From NCBI GenBank assembly GCA_964592105.1, contig CAZQBL010000008.1:1-56911 (forward strand): 56,911 bases of DNA, given 5' to 3'. The notes below the pieces were generated by a model that was given only the letters and a program-made list of their open reading frames with translations, was not told the DNA's origin and ran no database searches. A program made the translations under genes and the position numbers. This DNA comes from an uncultured Gammaproteobacteria bacterium. Lineage in GTDB: Bacteria; Patescibacteriota; Patescibacteriia; UBA10025; JAHIVO01. This document shows positions 1-9,306 of this stretch, piece by piece; the first letter of the stretch is position 1, and each line of letters starts with the position of its first letter.

Positions 1-547
1 TAAAAATTTTGAAATAATTGTATTGCCTGATTTCTTACCGGATGAAAAAATAAATTATTCTTCAAAAGTTAGAATCGTTCCAACAGGAGAAGTATATCCT
101 TCAATTAAAAAAAATATTGGGGTTAAAAATTCAGAAGGAGAAATATGTGCTTTTATAGATTCAGATGCATATCCGGATAAAAACTGGTTAAAAAATGCAA
201 TATTGAATTTTAATGAAAATAATAAAATTCTCGCCGTTGGAGGTCCTAATTTAACACCAGAAAATTCTAAATTACTTGAAAAAATGAGTGGTTTAATTCT
301 ATCATCTTTTGTTTTCATGGGTAAATTTGCCACAAGACATATCATTTATAAACCATATTTTCCTGTAGAATTGCCAAGTTGTAATCTCCTTGTAAAAAAA
401 GAAGTTTTTGAAAATATTACTTATTTTCCGGGACAATATCTAACTGCAGAAGATGCTTATTTATGTTTTGAAATTCTTGAAAATGGCGGATTGGTTTTTT
501 ATTCTCCTGATGTTATAGTTTATCACCGTAGAAGAGAAGGGAGGTGA
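1..547 (+). CDS. Glycosyltransferase family 2, partial at the window edge and apparently truncated at the 3' end
   Basis: FIDSDAYP (DxD), VGGP, SCNL, EDAYLC and VYHRRR motifs; the ORF ends right after VYHRRR; very AT-rich. Confidence 0.75.
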   Translation, partial: KNFEIIVLPDFLPDEKINYSSKVRIVPTGEVYPSIKKNIGVKNSEGEICAFIDSDAYPDKNWLKNAILNFNENNKILAVGGPNLTPENSKLLEKMSGLILSSFVFMGKFATRHIIYKPYFPVELPSCNLLVKKEVFENITYFPGQYLTAEDAYLCFEILENGGLVFYSPDVIVYHRRREGR

Positions 548-551
548 CAGC

Positions 552-728
552 GTGAAAAACAAATATATTCCAGTGGCATTTTTCGTTTTTGGGCTAATCT
601 GCGCTATTTTTGGCTTTGTCACCCAGATCGATGGCAGAGAGTTATTCATCCCTTCTGGGTTTTATTTACAATTATCGATTTTTGCGGTGGTGGCTGCACT
701 TTACTTGGAAATGGCCAGGAAGAACTAG
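552..728 (+). CDS. Small 2-TM membrane protein (58 aa), not in the ORF track
   Basis: SD GGGAGGTG then GTG; MKNKYIPVAFFVFGLICAIFGFV...LSIFAVVAALYLEMARKN*; terminator follows. Confidence 0.6.
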   Translation: MKNKYIPVAFFVFGLICAIFGFVTQIDGRELFIPSGFYLQLSIFAVVAALYLEMARKN

Positions 729-781
729 TAGGCCTGAGTGGCAGAATATCATTTTTTAGAAAACAATCTGTTATTATGGAG

Positions 782-812
782 ACAGCCATTTTTAGACATC
801 GGCTGTTTTTTT
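782..812 (+). terminator. Intrinsic terminator
   Basis: ACAGCC...GGCTGT stem followed by a T-run. Confidence 0.55.
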
Positions 813-857
813 CTTGATTTTTTATTGAATGTTGGCTACAATATGAGGGATTTATGT

Positions 858-932
858 GGCGCCTTCGTCTAGTCCGGTCTAGGACGCATGGTTCTCATCC
901 ATGTAACACCGGTTCGAATCCGGTAGGCGCTA
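858..932 (+). tRNA. tRNA-Glu(CTC)
   Basis: Cloverleaf: acceptor GGCGCCT/AGGCGCT, anticodon arm CATGG-TTCTCAT-CCATG, T arm ACCGG-TTCGAAT-CCGGT; CCA not encoded. Confidence 0.95.
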
Positions 933-958
933 AGATTTTCGGAAAAACCCTTTTAAAA

Positions 959-1027
959 GAGTGCTGGCCGATGTCTTGCGCAAAAGCAAAAGTGTGTGAC
1001 TTGTCGGGGCTCGCAAGACCAGTACTT
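959..1027 (+). ncRNA. Candidate structured RNA (unassigned)
   Basis: GAGTGCTGG/CCAGTACTT, GTCTTGCG/CGCAAGAC and CCGATG/TGTCGG complementarities with G-U pairs on the + strand. Confidence 0.35.
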
Positions 1028-1052
1028 GCCGAACGCAATCATTAAAAAAATC

Positions 1053-1391
1053 ATGTACACCTTAATTCGTTGGTTTTTAAATGCAGTCGTGCTTTTGTTG
1101 GTGGCCTATCTTGTCCCCGGTTTTCACGTGGCCTCGTTTTATACCGCCCTGATAGTAGCTTTGGTCATGGGAATTGTTAACGCGATCATCAAACCAGTTC
1201 TGATTGTTTTAACGTTGCCGATTACTATTTTGACACTCGGCTTGTTTACGTTTGTCATCAACGCCGTACTTATTTTATTTGTGTCAACCATTGTCAAAGG
1301 GTTTACCGTCGATGGCTTTATTCCGGCCCTGATAGCCGGAGCGATTCTTTGGATAGCCGCCTGGCTGATTTCTGCAGCGACAAAGAAATGA
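1053..1391 (+). CDS. Phage holin family / YvlD-like 4-TM membrane protein
   Basis: RWFLNAVVL...VPGFHV...NAIIKPVL..LTLP.TILTLGLF..VINA pattern; ATG at 1053 preferred. Confidence 0.85.
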   Translation: MYTLIRWFLNAVVLLLVAYLVPGFHVASFYTALIVALVMGIVNAIIKPVLIVLTLPITILTLGLFTFVINAVLILFVSTIVKGFTVDGFIPALIAGAILWIAAWLISAATKK

Positions 1392-1891
1392 TTTATTTAA
1401 ATTATTTAAAATAATATTTATTACAGTGGGAGTTGGGATAATTGATCGACCACCGTCGGGAGATAATTAGATTAAGCAAATTGTCACATATTAGAATGAG
1501 ACTCTGGACCACCGACAGATTTTTTCTCAATAACATGTGCCCACCTCCGCTTTGATGGCCCGCCGGAAATTGATTTGAGAGCAGAAGTGGTGCCGGGCGT
1601 GAAAAAACTAGGAAAATTTTCTAAAACCCAGTAGTTTTGAGTATGGTGATCTGGCTAAAGCCAGACACGGTATAAAACTGATGACGAGCGTGCCGTAAAA
1701 CAGGTTTGGATGGAAAAATTTTTTTACCTCTGAAGTGTAAAAATTTATAGTATAATATGTTTATTGTCCCAAAAACACCGAAGTCTTTTTGGACTTGACA
1801 TAATATAAGCAAAAAGCGCACAATTAACGGGTAAAAAAACAAAAAATGCAATTTAACAAAGAACCCCGGGGTTTACCAGGGGGCTTTAGAA

Positions 1892-3364
1892 ATGGAGAGA
1901 AATATGTTGTTAATTGGCATAGAACCAAAAGCTCCGGGCTTGCACATCTTCAGTCAAACAAAGATGCCGCGACTAGGCTTGCCGCAGCTACTGACCATAG
2001 CTAAACAGATGGGACACCAATGCCGCATTTATTGCGAGGATATTGCGTCCATTAACTGGTCGGACGTACGTCAGGCAGACATGGTTTTGATTTCCTCATT
2101 GACCTCCACGGCGCCGCGGGCATACGCGATGATCAGAAAGATTAAAGCGGAGATCAGGCCGGGCGTCCCTATTTTGATAGGAGGCCCTCACGTTACCTTT
2201 TTACCAGAGGAGGCATTATCCAGAGGCGCGGATTACGTTTTCCGACATGAGGCGGACGAGTCCTTTTCCACTTTTCTTCGTTGGTATGAATCCGACAAGA
2301 ATCTTCAGGAGCTGGTGGCGATCGACGGTCTTTCGTTTCGGGCCGGAGATCAATTTCACCACACCCCAGATCCACGACGAGTTGACCTGGATTTACTGCC
2401 CACGCCAGATCTTGACCTGATCGTTGGTTTTAGGAATCCAACGACCATACCGATGATCACTTCGCGTGGTTGTCCAGAAAATTGTGAGTTTTGCAGTGAA
2501 ATTTCCATGTTCGGACACGCTTACCGTTTTCGTTCCGAGGAATTGTGCATTCGGGACATCGAATATTATCATAGGCGTTACGGTAAAGTTTCCATTTTCT
2601 TTGCCGATGATAATCTCGGCGCGAATAAGTCCCGGTTGGGTCGTTTCTGTACTAGTATCGCTGCCAATCATCTGGAGCGTTCTTATTCCGGGCAAATCAG
2701 GCTTGATCTGGCAAAACATCCGGAATTATTGGAAAGTCTGCGGCGCATTGGCTTTGAGCGCGCTTATATCGGTTATGAGTCAACTAATGACCAAGCACTC
2801 CAGGCGGTTGGTAAAAGAATCAGGGCCAGTGAAATGGAGGAATATACTAAGATTATTCATCATCATGGCATAGAAATACATGCCATGTGGGTAATTGGCT
2901 TTGATGCGGATTCCATTGAAACAGTCAGGGACAACGTGCGCGCCGCTATCAAATGGAGAATTGAAACAAACCAGTTTCTTATTCTCGTGCCCATTCCTGG
3001 TTCAGATTTATACCCGAGATTAGTACGGGAGAAACGGATATTTAATACGAATTGGGAAAAGTTTGATGGCCACCATGTGGTCTTTTACCCAGCGGGTATG
3101 AGCCCTCGGCAACTTCAGGCGGCAGTCATGCTGGAAGCCATGCCTAAGTTATACAACATGTGGCAGACGTTTAAAATTTTCACCACTAACGGGTTCAAAA
3201 TTGCCCTTGATGCTTTGGCGGCTATGCGTCAACACCGGCGGTGGCATCCACTGCACGACGCCAAACGTAATTTCATGACGATGTTGCTGCGCTTGGCCGG
3301 CAAAATTACCGTCTACCGGGAGAAAAAGTCGACTAAACAGTACGTCCGGCAATTGCCATCATAG
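1892..3364 (+). CDS. B12-binding domain radical SAM protein
   Basis: GGPHVT, TSRGCPENCEFC (CxxxCxxC), FADDN, IGYES. Confidence 0.9.
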   Translation: MERNMLLIGIEPKAPGLHIFSQTKMPRLGLPQLLTIAKQMGHQCRIYCEDIASINWSDVRQADMVLISSLTSTAPRAYAMIRKIKAEIRPGVPILIGGPHVTFLPEEALSRGADYVFRHEADESFSTFLRWYESDKNLQELVAIDGLSFRAGDQFHHTPDPRRVDLDLLPTPDLDLIVGFRNPTTIPMITSRGCPENCEFCSEISMFGHAYRFRSEELCIRDIEYYHRRYGKVSIFFADDNLGANKSRLGRFCTSIAANHLERSYSGQIRLDLAKHPELLESLRRIGFERAYIGYESTNDQALQAVGKRIRASEMEEYTKIIHHHGIEIHAMWVIGFDADSIETVRDNVRAAIKWRIETNQFLILVPIPGSDLYPRLVREKRIFNTNWEKFDGHHVVFYPAGMSPRQLQAAVMLEAMPKLYNMWQTFKIFTTNGFKIALDALAAMRQHRRWHPLHDAKRNFMTMLLRLAGKITVYREKKSTKQYVRQLPS

Positions 3365-3448
3365 CTGTATTCACGCCTCGTTTGGCGCTAAAATCGCTCG
3401 CAAGACAAAAACTTATAAAGATTGGAAGGGACTACAAAAATGCTCTAT

Positions 3449-3480
3449 AGGCCTGTTGGTGAAAATCACAGGCCCTTTTT
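3449..3480 (+). terminator. Intrinsic terminator
   Basis: GGCCTGT...ACAGGCC stem followed by TTTTT. Confidence 0.6.
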
Positions 3481-3481
3481 C

Positions 3482-3509
3482 TTGACAATATCTCGGTCAG
3501 GTCTATAGT
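3482..3509 (+). promoter_or_regulatory. Sigma70-type promoter
   Basis: TTGACA-16 nt-TATAGT. Confidence 0.55.
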
Positions 3510-3630
3510 TAATGAAGCAGAGAAAAACCAAAAAGGGTGAACTTTAATAAAGGAGGTTTTCATGGAGCATAGTTGATGTTTGCACTGTTTTATTTACCAA
3601 AAACCATTAAACCCGGTGAAGGGGGTTTAT

Positions 3631-4479
3631 ATGAAGTCCAAAGCGATTGTTTTGTTGGTGATGGCGGTATTTATGGTATTGATTATATCGGTTTCAGTTC
3701 AGGCGGATAACTCACAGCCGCTGGCACCGTTACTGACGGTAACTATTCCCAGCGTGGCGGTTGAATCAGGGGCCAACCAAGTCGATGTGCCAGTTGTTTT
3801 GACAACTCGGCTAGGCGTTGAAATTGCCGTCAGTTCAATCTCTTTATCCGTAGCCTATGATTCGAAGCTTTTATGTGATCAGGTAACCTTTCCATTTGCC
3901 TCGGAATGGGATGATATTTCCAGCGTCATAAAGCATGCCGATCAGGTTACTTATGTTCATTTTCTGGGTTGGAGCGATCTAGGCGGTGAGGATAATCAGC
4001 CGCTTATGGTAACCGAGCGACCGACAATCTTAGCGGTCATGCATTTTAGTTTCACCGATGAGCATCCACTCAGTGCCGACCTTATTTTTGTCGAAGATTC
4101 AAGAGCCGGGACTTCGTTTGGTGATCCGACTGGATCGGTTGATTACCGGCTAAAGCTGGAGCCAGGCGCGATAGTTTTCAGTCCGACTGGTGTTGACGAT
4201 CAACAGCAACTGCCGCAGGATTTTAATCTCGCACAAAACTATCCCAATCCTTTCAACGCCCACACGGTTATTCGTTTCGCGGTACCAGAGGACTGCCATG
4301 TGACCTTGGATGTTTATAACATCCTCGGTCAGGAAGTCGCTTCTCTTTTTGATGAAAACGTGGCGGCCGGTTACTATTCAGTCAATTGGAACGCCACCTC
4401 CTTACCATCGGGCGCCTATTTTTACAAGTTTACAGCCGGCGCCTATCAATCTGCTAAGCGGCTTTTGCTCCTTAAATAA
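3631..4479 (+). CDS. Secreted protein: signal peptide, cohesin/Ig-like domain and T9SS type-A C-terminal sorting (FlgD-Ig-like) domain
   Basis: N-terminal signal peptide ending VQA; C-terminal LAQNYPNPFN..T.IRF...V.LDVYNILGQEV..L.....AG.Y.V.WNA..LPSG.YFYK....KRLLLLK; SD GAAGGGGG before ATG 3631. Confidence 0.85.
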   Translation: MKSKAIVLLVMAVFMVLIISVSVQADNSQPLAPLLTVTIPSVAVESGANQVDVPVVLTTRLGVEIAVSSISLSVAYDSKLLCDQVTFPFASEWDDISSVIKHADQVTYVHFLGWSDLGGEDNQPLMVTERPTILAVMHFSFTDEHPLSADLIFVEDSRAGTSFGDPTGSVDYRLKLEPGAIVFSPTGVDDQQQLPQDFNLAQNYPNPFNAHTVIRFAVPEDCHVTLDVYNILGQEVASLFDENVAAGYYSVNWNATSLPSGAYFYKFTAGAYQSAKRLLLLK

Positions 4480-4508
4480 GAAAGACGATTTTTTCCCTAG
4501 CTATCCAA

Positions 4509-4535
4509 GGCGGACTAACGATGTCCGCCTTTTTT
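4509..4535 (+). terminator. Intrinsic terminator
   Basis: AGGCGGAC...GTCCGCCT followed by a T-run. Confidence 0.7.
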
Positions 4536-4653
4536 ATTGACATTTATTTATTGAAACAATAAATCGGTTGTGATAAGGTGCTAAAACGCCGTACTTTACA
4601 TATAGCTTTATTTCACAATATTTTTTCATTGACACTTGAAGGGAATCACAAAA

Positions 4654-4845
4654 ATGAAGATGAAATTTACTCTGTCTATGAACAAAGCCTGGGTTGCCGG
4701 TCGAGATTTTGATAAGTTGACACTGGTCTGGAGCCAGAATGTCAGTCAGAAACAGGTTCTGGAGATATCCGAGCGGTGGATCTCTGATAAGACTCTCTTG
4801 ATCAAGCATATGGCTGGCCTGCAAAAGGTGGGGAGCCTCCACTGA
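4654..4845 (+). CDS. Small hypothetical protein, possibly frameshifted near the C-terminus
   Basis: ATG 4654; an alternative frame continues LTIEPAEEDI* to 4874, just before a terminator at about 4886-4914. Confidence 0.55.
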   Translation: MKMKFTLSMNKAWVAGRDFDKLTLVWSQNVSQKQVLEISERWISDKTLLIKHMAGLQKVGSLH

Positions 4846-5013
4846 CTATTGAGCCAGCGGAGGAAGATATTTGATGTTTTATAATCGGTTTCGGTTTTGT
4901 CCGAGGCCTTTTTTATCTACTAGAACTATTGGTCGGAGTCAGGGCAAATAAATATTTAAAAAAGCGTTGGGTGAATTTTATCAACCAACGCCATTTTGAG
5001 ATACCGAAAGAAA

Positions 5014-5244
5014 TTACTTATGGTAATTAACGTTCGGAGTGGTAAAAGCCCCGCAAATGAATCGGCCACGTATTACTTGTTCGAAATAATCAATGGACAT
5101 CTCGATACACTTTTTTTTAGTACAGGAATCGACGTGGTAAAGAGCTTCAATTTCCATTGGCGAGTTGGCTAATTGGCGGATGTCGACGCAGTGCTTTACA
5201 TAGTTGGTCGCCGTCCGGCAATTGATATATAAAGTATTTTTCAT
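5014..5244 (-). CDS. Small Cys-rich orphan protein
   Basis: SD AGGAGG, upstream TTGTCA..TATAAT, downstream terminator at about 4957-4992. Confidence 0.65.
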   Translation of the reverse strand: MKNTLYINCRTATNYVKHCVDIRQLANSPMEIEALYHVDSCTKKKCIEMSIDYFEQVIRGRFICGAFTTPNVNYHK

Positions 5245-5429
5245 TATTTCCTCCTTTTTTTGTTGTATTTTAGTAAATTATAACTGCCTAGTTTGGTTTT
5301 GACAAGTTATTGAGGTAATGTGTACACACATATGGCGGTTTTCAGAAAATTATTGGAAATCGGCTTATAGGTATAAAAAATTGCCAAAAACCATTTTTTG
5401 TGCTATACTATAAACACGAAAATTCGGGT

Positions 5430-7322
5430 ATGAGCCCAAAAAACCAAAAACAAAAATTATCAGAGCTTAGTTTAATATTAAGGACCGCCATTGGCGTGAT
5501 TCTGATTATTGTTGTTCTGGCTGTCATCCTAGTCACCCTGGTCCCGCGACCATCTTTTTCTATGCAGAAAACTTCCGATAAGGTGGATATTGATTCCGAG
5601 CTGCGTTTATCGTTTACTTTGCCCGTGTCTAAGCAGGTTAATATAGAGCTGATACCTAAAACTTTCGGCGAAGTGAGATATGAAAATGAGATTTGGAACG
5701 GTCATCTATCCCGGACTGTAATCTTCCGGCCGGAAGTTACCTGGCTGCCGGGCACAACTTATGAATTAAGGGTCTCCGAGGTGAAAAGTGCTCTGCCCTC
5801 GCTGCGCGCGCCCCGAGAGTTTGTTTTTACTTTTACTACAGAAGACCTGCCCTCAATAGTTTCGGTCACCCCGGCCACCACTGATAAAATCAGGGCGGAT
5901 ACGTCCTGGCAAGTTAAGCTGGATAAAGCCAATAACCAGTTGGTTGATTATGAGTTTCGTTTAAGCCCGGACATAGAGCTCGGCGTAGTTTTGTCCGAGG
6001 ATAAGACAATGTACACACTGACGCCCGTCACGGTTTTGTCTCAAGGTCAGGAGTATACTTTGAATATTTTGCAGAAGAATATCAGGCATATCTTTGGCAC
6101 TGAGACAATTGCCCGACAGGAAGAGGGACGGTCCGTGTGGCAGGGGAAATGGCAGATTTGGGAGGCGCCGGGACTTGAGGAGTTTAAACCACAGGGTCAG
6201 GGAGTCGGCTTGAAGCAGAAAATTGAAATTACTTTCAGCGAGAATATGGATTTTGATTCGTTTAAATCAAGCGTCAGTATCAGTCCAGAAGCCAAGGGTC
6301 AGTGGCAGACCAGTGACTATAAAACCATGACGTTTGTGCCCGATGGATTCACGGAAGATACTACCTATACGGTAGTTTTGAAAAAAGGATTAAGGACCTA
6401 TAATGGCGGTTATCTAGAGGAAGAATCAAGTCATAGTTTTTCCACTATCGGTCCAATCAAGGTAACCCAATTCAGTCCAGCCGACCAAAGCCAGGGATTC
6501 GGTATTAGCAATTCCATACGTTTGACTTTTAACCAAGAAGTTGATCATCTCTCGGCCGAATCGAAATTTGAAATTAGCCCTTCAAGTGAGGGTGATTTCC
6601 AGTGGAACGGTTTGACCATGATTTTCCAACCAAAACCCTCTTTGGCCTTTAACACCTCGTACACTGTCACCATAAAAAAAGGCGTGACTGGTCCGAGCGG
6701 CTACGTTTCCAAAGAAGATCAAACGACGCATTTTACTACCGAATTATCGGTAACCAAGTTGGCTGTACCTTTTCACCGGCAGGAGCATAATTTAAGCTGT
6801 GAGGTGGCCACTTTGGTCATGGTCTTGGCTTATCGCGGGGTTAATGTTTCTGAGGAGACTTTGATCAGGGCAATAGGTTTCGAGCCAACCCCGAAAAAAG
6901 ACGGAGTTTGGGGTAACCCCCACATTGCTTTTGTGGGCGACATTGACGGCCATCAGCCGTCTAGCGGCTATGGCGTCTACTGGCAGCCGATTGCCGCTGC
7001 CGCTCAGAAATATCGGACAGCCAGGTGGTTTACGGGGGGAAAACTTTCGGATATTACCGCGGAGATAAAAAAGGGTAACCCGGTAATTTTTTGGGGTACG
7101 GCGGGTTCGGGTTCGCGGATCGACTGGAAGACTTCCGACGGTGGCAATGTCATCGCCGTCAACGGTGAGCATACCAGAGTGGTGGTAGGATTTATCGGAT
7201 CCGCCGACAATCCCGCCAAAATAATTACGCTCGACCCGCTGTCCGGAGAAAAATATTTTACCCAATCGGCATTCCTGGCCAACTGGGCTGTTTTGGGCAA
7301 CAGCGGCGTGGTAGTGGAATAA
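5430..7322 (+). CDS. Membrane-anchored protein with repeated Ig-like (Big_5-type) domains and a C-terminal peptidase C39-like domain
   Basis: N-terminal TM; repeated ..F.P...L...T.Y.V Ig modules; QEHNLSCEVA (catalytic Cys), EHTRVVVG, DP. Confidence 0.85.
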   Translation: MSPKNQKQKLSELSLILRTAIGVILIIVVLAVILVTLVPRPSFSMQKTSDKVDIDSELRLSFTLPVSKQVNIELIPKTFGEVRYENEIWNGHLSRTVIFRPEVTWLPGTTYELRVSEVKSALPSLRAPREFVFTFTTEDLPSIVSVTPATTDKIRADTSWQVKLDKANNQLVDYEFRLSPDIELGVVLSEDKTMYTLTPVTVLSQGQEYTLNILQKNIRHIFGTETIARQEEGRSVWQGKWQIWEAPGLEEFKPQGQGVGLKQKIEITFSENMDFDSFKSSVSISPEAKGQWQTSDYKTMTFVPDGFTEDTTYTVVLKKGLRTYNGGYLEEESSHSFSTIGPIKVTQFSPADQSQGFGISNSIRLTFNQEVDHLSAESKFEISPSSEGDFQWNGLTMIFQPKPSLAFNTSYTVTIKKGVTGPSGYVSKEDQTTHFTTELSVTKLAVPFHRQEHNLSCEVATLVMVLAYRGVNVSEETLIRAIGFEPTPKKDGVWGNPHIAFVGDIDGHQPSSGYGVYWQPIAAAAQKYRTARWFTGGKLSDITAEIKKGNPVIFWGTAGSGSRIDWKTSDGGNVIAVNGEHTRVVVGFIGSADNPAKIITLDPLSGEKYFTQSAFLANWAVLGNSGVVVE

Positions 7323-7356
7323 TTTAATAAAAAGGCCTATATTAAAAATAGAAAAT

Positions 7357-8310
7357 ATGGTCAAAACTTTAATATTAGAAAAAAATACGGTCCGGGAGGG
7401 AACATTTACTGACTTAAAAAGTGGCAAATTGATTTGGGTAGATTTGGAAAATCCCACGACCATGGAGTTAAGTAAGTTAGCTGGAGTAGTTGGTTTATCG
7501 GATACGGAGCTTAAGGAATATCTGAAGCCTACACAACGACCCACATTATTTAATTTATCTGAACATTTCTTAATAATTTTTGATATGCCGTTTTCAGACA
7601 AAGGTTATATATTTACCTCCCCGATAACTATTTTTATCTCAAAAAAGGGAAATGATTTTATTACCGTGCACAAGGCTTCAAGCTCGGCGGTAAAAAAGAT
7701 TTATACTTACAGCCAATCTAGATTGCTAGAAATTTTTAAAGAGGGCGTGGCCTTGATAACACTAATTTTACTGGAAGAAATTATTGACAGTTATTTCATC
7801 GTGCTGGACGATGTTAGTGATCAAATTGAAGACATCGAAAAACAAATATTTGATTACAAAAACAGCAGTTCGGTAATGAAAAGGACTTTTACTGTTAAAA
7901 AAAGCCTGATTTTTATTCATAAGGCCCTGGTGGCTAATCGCGAAGTTGTTTTGGCACTGGAAAAACAGTTGACTAAATTTTTGGATTTGAAGAAATTGGG
8001 TTTCTACCTAGAACTTAATGCCGATATAGCCCAGCTCATAGAAATGGCCACCACTTATCGTGATATCATCACTTCCGCTATCGAGATACATCTTTCTTCC
8101 ATTTCTAATAATCTGAACGTGACTATGAAGAAGGTTACTTCGTGGGGCGCTATTATTTTAGTGCCCAGTCTGATCGCCAGCATTTTTGGTATGAATTTTC
8201 GTCATATTCCGACTTTGGACTCTCCGGGAGGATTTTTTGCGGCTTTGTTATTGATGGTTATAGCCTCGGCTTTATTGACGGCGTATTTCAAAAAAAAGGA
8301 CTGGCTTTAA
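7357..8310 (+). CDS. corA: CorA family Mg2+ transporter
   Basis: WVDLENPT, LNVTMKKVT, FGMNF signature, two C-terminal TMs, FKKKDWL. Confidence 0.9.
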   Translation: MVKTLILEKNTVREGTFTDLKSGKLIWVDLENPTTMELSKLAGVVGLSDTELKEYLKPTQRPTLFNLSEHFLIIFDMPFSDKGYIFTSPITIFISKKGNDFITVHKASSSAVKKIYTYSQSRLLEIFKEGVALITLILLEEIIDSYFIVLDDVSDQIEDIEKQIFDYKNSSSVMKRTFTVKKSLIFIHKALVANREVVLALEKQLTKFLDLKKLGFYLELNADIAQLIEMATTYRDIITSAIEIHLSSISNNLNVTMKKVTSWGAIILVPSLIASIFGMNFRHIPTLDSPGGFFAALLLMVIASALLTAYFKKKDWL

Positions 8311-8431
8311 TTTTTTCGTTCGCCATTTCCACCAAAACTCGCATCATTAAATTATAAATTCGGCCGGCCTGATGATGCTTGTTTTTTGAAGTATTGACAT
8401 ATTTTCCTAAAGACGCTAGGATAGCTAATTA

Positions 8432-9235
8432 ATGTTTATGAAAACCCGTACGGTAATTATTAACATCATATTAGTTGTTTTTATTATGATCGGACTTGGC
8501 TATTTGGCTAGGTACCGTATTTTGAATTTGTGGGAAAGCTGGATGAGCGAGCCGGAGCCCGAATCCGTTACTTTGGCACAAATATTCAACCGTAATAATG
8601 GCGTAATGACGAATCAGGAAACTAATGCTAATTCTCCGAATACAAACGTCGAGGTTTTGATACCCGATGAATTTAATCTGGTCGTACCTTTTACTACCCA
8701 ATCACCCTTGGCGGAGTGGACGGAGCAGGACAACGAGTCGTGTGAAGAAGCGGCAGCTCTAATGGTTCATTATTATTGGCAAGAGAAGACTTTTACCAAA
8801 GAGCTGGCTAAAGAGGAGCTGCAGAAGATTGTGGACTTTGAAAACGAACATTACGGACAATACAAAGACACTACGGCCGAGGCCACAGCTCAGTTTATCA
8901 GGGATATGTGGGGCTATGAGAAAGTGGAGGTGCGGTATGATATAACAATTGAGGATATCAAGCGGGAAGTGGCCCAGGGTCGGCCGGTGATCCTGCCGAC
9001 GGCCGGACGGCTGCTTGGTAATCCCAATTTCAAAAGTCCGGGACCGCCTTACCATATGTTGGTAGTGCGGGGCTGGACCAAAAATATGATAATCACCAAT
9101 GACCCGGGCACCAGAAAAGGGGAAGGATATCAGTATAAACCTGAAGTGTTATGGGGGGCGATTCACGACTGGAATGGCAGCGCGGAGACTATAACTGATG
9201 GCCGAAAAGCTATGGTGGTGGTCTGGCCAAACTGA
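8432..9235 (+). CDS. Peptidase C39-like protein with N-terminal anchor
   Basis: VPFTTQSP..W....ESCEEAA, YHMLVVRG, NDPGT. Confidence 0.85.
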   Translation: MFMKTRTVIINIILVVFIMIGLGYLARYRILNLWESWMSEPEPESVTLAQIFNRNNGVMTNQETNANSPNTNVEVLIPDEFNLVVPFTTQSPLAEWTEQDNESCEEAAALMVHYYWQEKTFTKELAKEELQKIVDFENEHYGQYKDTTAEATAQFIRDMWGYEKVEVRYDITIEDIKREVAQGRPVILPTAGRLLGNPNFKSPGPPYHMLVVRGWTKNMIITNDPGTRKGEGYQYKPEVLWGAIHDWNGSAETITDGRKAMVVVWPN

Positions 9236-9306
9236 TTGAAAAATTTCATTTTTTTAAGTATAATAAGGTGGCAATAAGTAGCCTCTTTTTTATTTATTTT
9301 TTTGGC

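Noticed and set aside
854-1045. 63-aa ORF and the 996 GTG extension of the holin-like gene
   Set aside because: They overlap tRNA-Glu and the structured trailer; ATG 1053 fits the family start better
1053-1391. Prophage suggested by the 'phage holin family' label
   Set aside because: This family is commonly chromosomal; no phage structural, lysis or integrase genes are in the window
1628-1720. Hairpin plus CTGATGA suggesting a hammerhead ribozyme
   Set aside because: No stem II-GAAA-stem III arrangement could be built; the region reads more like a coding relic
6792-7601. 269-aa minus-strand ORF and many other antisense ORFs in the track
   Set aside because: They are shadows of well-supported genes on the opposite strand and carry no motifs
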